Shown in pieces: positions 49,035 through 58,400 of a stretch of 64,000 nucleotides of DNA; the stretch's first letter is position 1; every line of letters starts with the position of its first letter. The notes below the pieces were generated by a model. The model searched no databases. It saw only the letters and a list, made by a program, of their open reading frames with translations, and had not been told where the DNA came from. Origin of the DNA: Faecousia sp. (GTDB taxonomy: Bacteria; Bacillota; Clostridia; Oscillospirales; Oscillospiraceae). The position numbers and the translations under genes are program-made. Location: contig JAZRZL010000075.1 of the NCBI GenBank assembly GCA_045601345.1, positions 11,040 to 75,039 of the forward strand. Reading direction: 5' to 3'.

Positions 49035-49115
49035 TCTATTTAGAACTCCTCTAATGATTCTTCGTGGGCGAAGCTGTTAATAAAAATCTCGAAGTTCGCC
49101 TCTTAGAAAAAGCAA

Positions 49116-52100
49116 TTAGCGGGCGTTAAAGATACGATGCAGAATCGCGGCAACCTGAGCACGCTCAGCGGAGCACTGCGGATCCAGTGTGATACGCTCA
49201 CCTTCCAGCACACCGTTCATGTAGCCATGATAGACCATCCAGGTCATCGCATCCTTAGCAAAATTGCTGACGGAGCTGGCATCTTCGAAGTCCAGCACAA
49301 AGTCCGCATCAAAGCTGCCATCCATGCCCTTGGTCTGGGCGTAACGATAGAGAATGGTAGCCAGCTGTTCGCGGGTGATGTCCTGATCGGGCTTGAAGAC
49401 ATTGCCGGGATAGCCTTCAATAATCTCATTTTCGGCAGCCCAGATGACAGCATCGGTGAAGTATTCGTCCACAGGAACATCCTGGAAGGGATTTGCCTTG
49501 CCGGCAACGCTCGGTGTACCCTCCATGCGGTAGAGCACGGTGACGAGCATAGCACGGGTCAGTGCGGTGTTGGGGCTGAAGGTGGTATCGGAGAAGCCGA
49601 CCATCAGGCCATTGTTCCATGCATATGCCACATCATCGTAGAACCAATCGCCTTCCTTGACATCGGCAAAGGTCATGGCCGGACGGCGGGTTACATTGAC
49701 CGTGTAATCCGTCGTGGTGTTGCCGTCCTCGGAGGTAACACTAACAGTGAACTGGTTCTCGCCAATTTCCAGAGCCTTGGTGCCTGCACCGGCAATCTTG
49801 GAGCCGTCATAGGCAGTCGTAGCCTGCAGGTTGATGCTGCTTACATCATTGGGAACAACTGCGGTATAGTTGAGCGTATCGGCGCTGAAAGCGGGAGAGA
49901 GAACGCCGCCTCTGAAGGAGAGGTTGGAAAGCTCAGCCTCCGAGTTCTGGAGGATATGCCAGCCATTGTACCAGAGGCTTGCTTCGCGGAAGAAGAGCTG
50001 ACGGAGAGCCTCAACGCCGCCCCAGGTGGCGCGGGTATACAGACGGCCCTGTGCTTCGCCGCTGACAACTCTCTCAGCAGCAATGCGCATATCTCTTACA
50101 GCCTCAATGCCAGCCAGACCCTGCATGGGGTTGGGGGCATCCCACATCGGGCTGTACATCTCGCGCTTGTCGGTGGTTTCCTGCCAGGAGTGGCCGGTCA
50201 TGAAGTACACGCCGGATACATCGCTGGCGCTGATCTTCACATCAGGATCATAGAAGCCTTCTGCGAACTTGAGAAGCTTGCCTTCCATCTTCTTGATGTC
50301 GCGCAGGAAGCTGGCAACAGCCTGCTTGCCGGAGCCAAAGTTAAAGACATATTTGCCCTGACCGACAGCATCGCCGGAAACCAGATAGCTGTTGTTCAGT
50401 GCTTTCTGATCCAGATTGTCATACAGGTAGCACATGGAGCCATCGGTGTGACCGACGACCTCGATGCACTCGAAGGTGATGGCCTTGCCGCCAAACTTGG
50501 GGCCAACGAGCGTATCGCCATCGGCAAGCCGCGTGATGTTATAGTTTGCAAAGGTAGCGGTCACGGCATCGTTCACCGGCCAGTAAAGCTTGCAGTCGGG
50601 GAACTGGGAAACCTTGCCGTAATGGTCGCCGTGTGCGTGGGTAACGACAACTTCAATCGGGAGATCGGCAGGACGACCCATGGCGTTCAGGATATCCTTC
50701 ACGCACTGGCGCAGATCGCCATCGCCCATGCCAGAGTCAAACAGCATGGCCTTGTCTTCACCGGCAAAGAGATACATATCGTCATCACCGGGGGTACCCT
50801 TGCAGTCACGAATGCGATAAACGCCTTCTTCAATTTCCTGCACATCATACTGCGCCCACAGCGGGGTAGCATGGATGGTCAGGGTGTAGGTGGTTGCCTT
50901 CTCGCCAGTGCCAAGGTTGATGGTGAAAACATTGTCGCCTTCCTTTAGCTCTGCGGGGAAGGGGATGGGGTATCTGCACGCAACACCGTTGATGGTGAAG
51001 GTGGCAAGGTTGGGATCTGTAGGCTCGGGCATAATGTAGACGACCTTGCTGGTGCGGCTGCTCCAGTCGATGGTTGCGGAAAGCTCACGGTTGGAGAGCA
51101 TAGCAGGATCGAACTTTGCATCACAGGGTACGATGGGCGTATCCAGATCAATCTTATAAGGCTCCAGACGGCCGCCCTTGAAGGAGGAGATAAAGACCTC
51201 ATTCAGCGTTGCAGCATTCGTGGGAACGGACGGCTTGGTGCTGAAGGAATAGGTCTCTGCCTTGATGTCGGGCAGGGGATAGAGGGTGTTATCGTTGATG
51301 GTTCTGATGTAGATCGTGTAGACCTTGGAGGTCTCGGAGGCTGCATCGCTGATGCTCAGCTTCAGCACATTGACACCGGGAATGCCGCTGTCGAGTGCGG
51401 GATCGTCAGAGGCCAGAATGTTGACCTTGTAGCCCAGTGCACCGTGGCCGCTGACGGAGCCGAGGGTATCGGTAATGTCCTTGCCGTTCAGGGTGACGGC
51501 AATATCGGCATCCTCACCGAAGGCTTCTGCCATGAGAACCAGCGGGTCTGCATCGCTGACTGTGCAGGTCTGGGCGGTGGAGAGGGCGGTGTAGCTCTTG
51601 ATCAGGTTGGCCTTGGGTGCGGGGTCAGTCTCGAACAGGTAGGCATCGAGCAGGGTGGCGGGAGTCACCATGTCGGCGATTTTGGTGTTGGTATTGAAGT
51701 CGTAAGCACCGGCAGGATTGTACCACAGACCGGCAACACCGTAGGACAGCTCTCTGTAGTATGCGCTGGCACTGTTGGTGGTGAATTCGCCAATGAAGGG
51801 GTTGTCCATGACCAGCGTGGAGGCAACATACATATCCTCAACATAGATCTTGCCAACCTCATGGGTTGCTCTGTCGCGCTCCTGCCAGCTATGGCCGGTG
51901 AGCAGGGTAAGGCTATTGAGACCTTTTACGCGGTTCCAAACCTTTTCCATATCGCGGCTGAACAGGGGCATGATGCAGTTGCTGTTGGTGTGGTTAAAGA
52001 CATAGCTGCCCTGACCAATGGCATCGCCGCCAACAAGGTAGCTTTCCTGGCACTGGCCACCGATCTCGTTGTCATAGAGATAAACCATGTGGCCAACCGT

Positions 52101-53108
52101 ATGGGTACGAACCGTCATAACCTCAAAGCTCAAAGGACCATTGCCAAAGTCGGGGCCTACGATCGTATCGCCTGGGAAGACCATCTGGAGGTCGGTGTTG
52201 GGGTCGTTATACAGCGTGTTGGAAAGGTTGCTGGAATCGCCGATGCCCCAGTAGATGGTGCCCTTGCCGGGGCCTCTGCCGGTGAGACGGTATTCCTCGG
52301 GGGTGGAGGTGTTAAGCATACCGTAGTGGTCACCGTGGTTATGGGTGAGGGCAACGTCAATCGGGAATTCATCGGGATTTTCGATGCCGAATTTGTTGGT
52401 CAGGATGTCATAGATGGTCTTCTTCAGATCACCGCCGCGACGGCTGTTATCACCGCCACCGTTGAGGGCATCAAAGAGAATGGCGCGATCCTTGCCGATG
52501 AAGATGGCAGCGTCCTCAGCAGAGGTAAAACCGTTGATGCTGGTGAACTGATAGACACCGCTAATCAGCTTGCCGTCAGAACCCACGTTTTCTTCGAGGA
52601 TCGTGGTTCTGATCTGGTCATACATATCCTGATTGATGAAGGTCAGGGTGTAGGTCTTCGTGGTCTTGCCATCACCGGAGGTGACTTCAATCACGCAGGG
52701 CTGCGCAACAGCTTCCTGACCCTTCCTGACAGTGCCAAACTCCATTCTGTAGGGGCAGTTGAATTCAGTGGGTTCGCCATTGATCACAAAGGTGGCATTT
52801 TCGTCATAGGCCACGGGCTTGATATAGATGGCTCTGTCACCGGAGGACATATTCTTCATGTCCACATTCATCTCGTAGTCATACTTGCCGGATTCGATGG
52901 GCTGCTCCAGAGGGATATCAACGAACTCAATGCGGGAGCCTTTGAAGCCGAACAGCTCAATGTCAATCAGCTCTGCGCTGACACCGGCTGCAATTGTGGC
53001 GGGTTTTGCATCCTCAATAGGCGCTGCAAAGATGGGCTGTACGAGGCTGCAAAGCAGGACAATACTGATTAAAATGGAAATAACTTTTCTAAATTGCTTG
53101 TTTTTCAC
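49116..53108 (-). CDS. SLH-anchored surface protein with two cadherin-like/MBL-fold hydrolase modules
   Basis: GTG start at 53108 after AGAGGAG. Signal peptide present. Two HxHxDH motifs (THNHGDHYG, THAHGDHYG), each preceded by beta-sandwich segments ending ...TYTLT. Three C-terminal SLH motifs. Confidence 0.75.
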   Translation of the reverse strand: MKNKQFRKVISILISIVLLCSLVQPIFAAPIEDAKPATIAAGVSAELIDIELFGFKGSRIEFVDIPLEQPIESGKYDYEMNVDMKNMSSGDRAIYIKPVAYDENATFVINGEPTEFNCPYRMEFGTVRKGQEAVAQPCVIEVTSGDGKTTKTYTLTFINQDMYDQIRTTILEENVGSDGKLISGVYQFTSINGFTSAEDAAIFIGKDRAILFDALNGGGDNSRRGGDLKKTIYDILTNKFGIENPDEFPIDVALTHNHGDHYGMLNTSTPEEYRLTGRGPGKGTIYWGIGDSSNLSNTLYNDPNTDLQMVFPGDTIVGPDFGNGPLSFEVMTVRTHTVGHMVYLYDNEIGGQCQESYLVGGDAIGQGSYVFNHTNSNCIMPLFSRDMEKVWNRVKGLNSLTLLTGHSWQERDRATHEVGKIYVEDMYVASTLVMDNPFIGEFTTNSASAYYRELSYGVAGLWYNPAGAYDFNTNTKIADMVTPATLLDAYLFETDPAPKANLIKSYTALSTAQTCTVSDADPLVLMAEAFGEDADIAVTLNGKDITDTLGSVSGHGALGYKVNILASDDPALDSGIPGVNVLKLSISDAASETSKVYTIYIRTINDNTLYPLPDIKAETYSFSTKPSVPTNAATLNEVFISSFKGGRLEPYKIDLDTPIVPCDAKFDPAMLSNRELSATIDWSSRTSKVVYIMPEPTDPNLATFTINGVACRYPIPFPAELKEGDNVFTINLGTGEKATTYTLTIHATPLWAQYDVQEIEEGVYRIRDCKGTPGDDDMYLFAGEDKAMLFDSGMGDGDLRQCVKDILNAMGRPADLPIEVVVTHAHGDHYGKVSQFPDCKLYWPVNDAVTATFANYNITRLADGDTLVGPKFGGKAITFECIEVVGHTDGSMCYLYDNLDQKALNNSYLVSGDAVGQGKYVFNFGSGKQAVASFLRDIKKMEGKLLKFAEGFYDPDVKISASDVSGVYFMTGHSWQETTDKREMYSPMWDAPNPMQGLAGIEAVRDMRIAAERVVSGEAQGRLYTRATWGGVEALRQLFFREASLWYNGWHILQNSEAELSNLSFRGGVLSPAFSADTLNYTAVVPNDVSSINLQATTAYDGSKIAGAGTKALEIGENQFTVSVTSEDGNTTTDYTVNVTRRPAMTFADVKEGDWFYDDVAYAWNNGLMVGFSDTTFSPNTALTRAMLVTVLYRMEGTPSVAGKANPFQDVPVDEYFTDAVIWAAENEIIEGYPGNVFKPDQDITREQLATILYRYAQTKGMDGSFDADFVLDFEDASSVSNFAKDAMTWMVYHGYMNGVLEGERITLDPQCSAERAQVAAILHRIFNAR

Positions 53109-53269
53109 GTTTTTTCTCCTCTTTTCATATAATGGATGCTTTTTGTTTAAAAATACCCGCAAATTCTTCCGCCGCTCTGCTATGTACATCACCTCCTACA
53201 AGACACAAATTGAAATTTTTTCCAAAAAATTCCTTTTTTTGGTGGAAAAATTTGCTTTCTTTAACAAAC

Positions 53270-53298
53270 ATGATAGCATGAGCCTGAACCCATGTCAA
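53270..53298 (-). promoter_or_regulatory. candidate promoter of the MBL/SLH gene
   Basis: Minus strand: TTGACA, 17 nt, TATCAT. The -35 lies 19 bp outside the outer-TIR end of R8. Confidence 0.45.
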
Positions 53299-53317
53299 GA
53301 ATTAATGCATCTCGGGT

Positions 53318-53643
53318 CATGCGAGTTGAGCGAGTTAAGAAAATGTGAGCATTGGGATAGAGAACGTTGTGTCAATTTTTGTACAACAGGACAGTGCGCG
53401 GTTCTCAATGGCAGTAAGTTAACAGCCCTGCCTTCCCCTCTGGGGAAGGTGCCGCCCGCAGGCGGCGGATGAGGTTTGCTTCCTGAAACTGAGTGCTTTC
53501 TATGTTAGAAAGATTTTCGGTTTTGGCAGTACGTCCAATGACCTCATCCGTCTCGCTTCGCTCGCCAGTTTCCCCAAAGGGGAAGCCTTGGCGCGGGCTA
53601 TGTTGGGAAGGTTTCCGCAGCTAACGCCATTGAAAACCGTTCC
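53318..53643 (+). repeat. repeat copy R8 (degenerate outer TIR, core H, module D, inner TIR)
   Basis: CATGCGAGTTGAGCGAGTTAAGAAAATGTGAGCATTGGG ... GCTAACGCCATTGAAAACCGTTCC. Confidence 0.8.
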
Positions 53644-53675
53644 TTGTCTTGCAGCGAAATTTGGAAAGAGAATGG

Positions 53676-53704
53676 TTGCGAAATTACCTAAAATGCAGTA
53701 TACT
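53676..53704 (+). promoter_or_regulatory. candidate promoter of the aminotransferase gene (upstream of R9)
   Basis: TTGCGA, 17 nt, TATACT. Confidence 0.45.
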
Positions 53705-53722
53705 AATAAAAAATAAGGAATA

Positions 53723-53966
53723 GGACAGAGAAAACCATTCCCAATTGCAGTAAGTTAACAGCCCTTGCCTTCCCCTCTGGGGAAGATGCCGCCCGCAGGC
53801 GGCGGATGAGGTTGGCCTTCTAAGATGGAGTGCTTTCTATGTTAGGGAGATTTTCTGTTTTAGCAGTGCATCCAATGACCTCTTCCGTCTTGCTTCGCTC
53901 GACAGCTTCCCCAGAGGGGAAGGCAAGGGCTGTTGACCTACTACCATTGAGAACGGTTCTCTGTCC
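53723..53966 (+). repeat. repeat copy R9 (inner TIR at both ends; arms form a long palindrome)
   Basis: GGACAGAGAAAACCATTCCCAATTGCAGTAAGTTAACAGCCCTTGCCTTCCCC ... GGGGAAGGCAAGGGCTGTTGACCTACTACCATTGAGAACGGTTCTCTGTCC. Confidence 0.8.
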
Positions 53967-53983
53967 CTCTGGGAGGAACAAAA

Positions 53984-55168
53984 ATGCTGAATGAAAAAAT
54001 GTATGCGTTGGGTGCGGTACGCTCCGGGATTCGGGAGCTGTTTGAGTATGGCCTAAAGCAGGCGGCGATTGTGGGCAAGGAGAATGTATTTGATTATTCT
54101 CTGGGCAACCCCTCCATTCCCGCGCCGGAGCTGGTCAATGAATCTATTAAGGATATTGTAGATACGGAGGATACCCTCCTTGTCCATGGCTATACCTCCG
54201 CGCCCGGTTATGACGGGGTGCGTCAGGCGGTGGCGGACAATCTCAATGCGCGGTTTGACGCTGGTGTACGGCCACAGAATTTGTTTTTCACCTGCGGCGC
54301 TGCCCCGGGTCTGGTATCCGTGCTCAAGGCGCTGATTGTGGACAGCCATTCCGAGATCATTGCCATTGCGCCCTTTTTCCCCGAATACCGCCCCTTCACC
54401 GAGGCCAACGGCGGGAAATTTACCGTAGTGCCGCCCGATATGGCGCATTTCCAGATCCATTTTGACGCATTGGCGGATGCCATTGGCGCAAATACGCAGG
54501 GCATCATTGTCAATTCGCCCAACAACCCCTCCGGTGTTGTGTATACTCGGGAAACCTTGGAGAAGCTTGCCGTCCTCCTGCGCGAAAAACAGGCACAATT
54601 CGGTCATCCCATTTATCTGATTGCCGATGAGCCTTACCGCGAGCTGGTTTACGGCGGTATGGAAGCGCCCTTCATCCCCTGTATTTATGAAAACACCATC
54701 GTGTGCTATTCCTGGTCAAAGTCCCTGAGCCTACCCGGGGAACGCATTGGCTATGTCTACGTCCCGGATGCCGCTGCCGACAGCGAAGCGGTATTCGCGG
54801 CAGTTGCCGGTGCGGCCAGAGCCTGCGGCCATGTGTGCCCGCCCTCTCTGCTCCAGAGAGTGGTTGCCCGCTGTGTGGATCGGATGCCCGATTTGGAGGC
54901 CTATGATGCCAATCGTACCCTGCTCTATACCGAGCTGAGCGCTATGGGCTATACCATGGCCAAGCCGGACGGCGCATTTTATCTCTTCATCAAGGCACCC
55001 GGCGGCGATTCCGATGCTTTCTCCGAAAGGGCAAAGAAGAAAAATCTCCTTCTCGTCCCTGGTACCAGCTTCGGCTGCAAGTCGTATTTCCGTATTTGCT
55101 ACTGCGTCTCCAATGACATGATCCGCCGCAGTCTTCCCGTCTTCCGCGAGCTGATGGAGGAAGCATAA
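53984..55168 (+). CDS. PLP-dependent aminotransferase (class I/II, aspartate/aromatic-type)
   Basis: 394 aa. YSWSKSLSLPGERIGY contains the PLP-lysine motif. NPSNPSG-like block NSPNNPSGVV. Confidence 0.85.
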   Translation: MLNEKMYALGAVRSGIRELFEYGLKQAAIVGKENVFDYSLGNPSIPAPELVNESIKDIVDTEDTLLVHGYTSAPGYDGVRQAVADNLNARFDAGVRPQNLFFTCGAAPGLVSVLKALIVDSHSEIIAIAPFFPEYRPFTEANGGKFTVVPPDMAHFQIHFDALADAIGANTQGIIVNSPNNPSGVVYTRETLEKLAVLLREKQAQFGHPIYLIADEPYRELVYGGMEAPFIPCIYENTIVCYSWSKSLSLPGERIGYVYVPDAAADSEAVFAAVAGAARACGHVCPPSLLQRVVARCVDRMPDLEAYDANRTLLYTELSAMGYTMAKPDGAFYLFIKAPGGDSDAFSERAKKKNLLLVPGTSFGCKSYFRICYCVSNDMIRRSLPVFRELMEEA

Positions 55169-55483
55169 CAACCAAATCATCCAGAGCCGTCTCAAGAATT
55201 TTGAGGCGGCTCTTTATATACATTTTACAAATTATCCTACAGTTATTTTGTAATTATCATCAATAATATAAGATTTTCCTTGACATTGGGTGTTATTTAT
55301 TATACTCTTATCATTATAATTGCCCTACTTCGGCCAGCAATAGGAAAGGGTCAAAGCCTTTTCGGAACGGTCTTGCAGTAGGAGACAAAAAAACCAATCC
55401 ACAGCATCCCTTACAGTGCAGCACATGACCTTGGAGAGGGTCACTAAAAACTACTACTCTATAATATAAGGATATAAATATAT

Positions 55484-58400
55484 ATGAAGAAGCCTGTTGT
55501 ACGCGCATTGTCTATCCTTTTGATTTTTACTGTACTCCTATCTACACTGGCGGCATCGGCATTTGCGTTTTCTGTGAATCTTAAAGAGCTGGCACAGAAG
55601 GAGGATGAAAATCTCGGTGGAAATTACGAAGTGCAGGATGTCATTTCTCTGATTGAGCCGAGATATCACACCATTCGGATTCCTGTAGCTGATATGACGT
55701 TGGAGGAGCTTCGTCAGTATGACGTTGATGATATCACCCTGCGTCTGGATCGGGATTCGGAGCGCCCCTATCTTGACACGACCCTCTATCCCAGCCAGAA
55801 TGCGGGCGGCGATATGAGGGATGCCTCCATCTGGCTAACGCAGCTTGATGATGATGTACCCTTTTTCACGGACTTTTCTGTTACTGCGGACGAAGAAAAT
55901 GGCACAGCGATTTTGCTGGTGACCTTTTTCTCAAACTTTTATTTTTATGATCCAAGCGACCTCTCTGTACCCAATTCTATTGGCGGCTCGTATCTGAATC
56001 TCTGCGGCTGGTTCCGGCTCACGGCTCAATTGGGAGACAGCATCCTCGGCAGCGCCGACCTCAAGATAACCCCCTATGAGAGCTTCCATACGATGAGCGA
56101 AATCTACACCGATATTGATAATATTGTCGAGCTTGCCACGCAAAATGGCCTCTATGCTGTGCGCGAATCCATGGGTACTTCCTCGGCCGGACGCGATATG
56201 CCCTACATAATTATTTCCGACAGTGCGCGCAGCGTTTCCGACTGGCTGGCCTTTACCGAGGAAGCGGAAAACCGTCCTACCCAGACGCTTGCCGATCTGG
56301 AGGCCGGAGTTTATGACAATCTTCGCGTCCCCGTGCTCTATTCCAATATCCATGCCTCAGAGGTAGCCGCTGCGGACGGCATTATGAAGTTTGCCGAGCT
56401 GCTGGCACAAACCGGCATGGATGGTACCCTCTCCTATAATATGCTTACCGACTTCACCGAGGCCGGACGCACAGAGCTTCAAAAGGAATGGAACGATCCG
56501 ACGGTTTGCGCAAATATTACAGGCTACGCAGGTGTCACAGGCTATGGCATTGCAGTACCCGATTTGGTGAAAGACACCGCCACCTATCTTGGCTTCCTCC
56601 GCAACGGCAACGAACAATCCGGCAGGGTGCCCCTGGACACCTTCTATGAGCAAGAGACGAAGACCGTTTCCATGCGCGAGCTTTTGGGCGGTGTGTTCTT
56701 TATTCTGGTTCCCGAGGAGAGCGTGGACGGACGTGTCTATATGGCTCGTACCTCAGCCAATGGCTATGACCTCAACCGCGACAACACCTTCCAGACCACG
56801 CCCGAAACGGCCAATATGAACCGTATGATCGGCACCTATAACCCGGTCTGCTTTACGGAATACCATGGCCGCAAGACCAATTTCCAATGTGAGCCATGCT
56901 CCCCGCCCCACGAGCCGAATTTTGAGTATGACCTGCTTGCAGAGCACTTGGTTGCCGCCGGTGAAGCTTTGGGCATTGGCGCGGTAGCCAATAATCCTTC
57001 GTATCACAGCTATGCCATGCCCCAGCGCGACTTCCTCTTCTATACGGATAAGGCAAAAACCAAAACCAAATGGGTTTACCCTTGGGACGATATGTCCACC
57101 AGCTATACCCCGCAGTTTTCCATGCTCCATGGCTGCGTGGCCTACACCGTCGAGCTGCCTGCCTATAACGATGATGTTGTCACCGCTGTCTGCTATGGCA
57201 GTCTCAGTCAGGCCGATTATGTCAAAGAGGAGAAGCTGGGTTTTCTCATGGATCAGGTCAAAATCTATGAGCGCGGCGTGAAGAATGCGAACTCTGATGC
57301 CTATGAACTGGTCGGCCAGTGGTTCTGCAATCAGAGCGATGTAGAGGGCGCGGAAATGCACATCATGCGCCCGGAATATACCGGCGAGGGAGAAAACGGC
57401 AATTTCTATCCCGAATGCTACCTGATTCCTTTGGACAGGGAGAACCAGTGCAATTTACAGGCTGCCCGGGATACGATGATCTGGATGAGCCGCAACGATG
57501 TCAAGGTCAATCTCACCACCGCGCCAATTGCATATGACGGCATTACCTACCCTGCCGGAACGCTGGTTATTCCCATGTATCAGGCCAAGCGCTCTGTTGC
57601 CAACAGCGCCTTGTATGGTGGTACGCTGCTCCAGTCCTGGCCAATCGTCTATTCTGAAAATGTTACCGCCTTCCATAAAATCTATGGCTTCGATATGGCA
57701 ACGGTCACGAAGCCGGCGGCATATGAACAGATTATGCAGCTTGCAGGCGAGTGTATGGATTATGACGAGGTTTTATCCTATGCGGACTCCATCACCTCTT
57801 CGTTCCGCGGCGAAGCGGGCAGGGATGTTATTATCCGCAATGATTCTTCGGATGCCGCTGCCGCAGTCAATGCGCTGCTGCAAGAGGGCAGAAAGGTCGG
57901 CATGATTGTCGATGGCGAGCGAAAGGGCGATTTTATCTGCTCCTATGCGGATTATCTCACCGTTGCTGACCGCTATCTCCTGCTTGCCACGGGGGTCGCT
58001 GCCAGAAGTGAAGGCATTCATGCCCAGTGCATCAAAACCAATCCCACGGTCTATATCACCGGCGTTCCCGATGATAACCCTTATAGCTGTATCACCTTAT
58101 TCCAGCTATACAATACCAACTGGAATTATGATCGGGTTGCCATGGAGAATATGAATTTCAATATGACAGAAATTCTTTCCGAGGCGGATGTCATTGCAGG
58201 CTCCAGCGAACTCACCAAGGCAGAAAGTGCCGCAATCCTAAATGGCACCCCCTATATTGGCTATGGCTCTACCATCTATTATAACAATGGCTTTAAGGCG
58301 ATTAACAGCGCCATAGGCGGCGCAACCCGTACAGCGCTGCCCGGTGCGATGGACTGCCTGTGCTATGTGACCTATCCATCCAATACGCTGGTCAATGCCA

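Noticed and set aside
49137-53072. Plus-strand ORFs of 603 and 542 aa
   Set aside because: They are antisense shadows of the MBL/SLH gene. Their products are Gly/Ala/Val-rich with no motifs.
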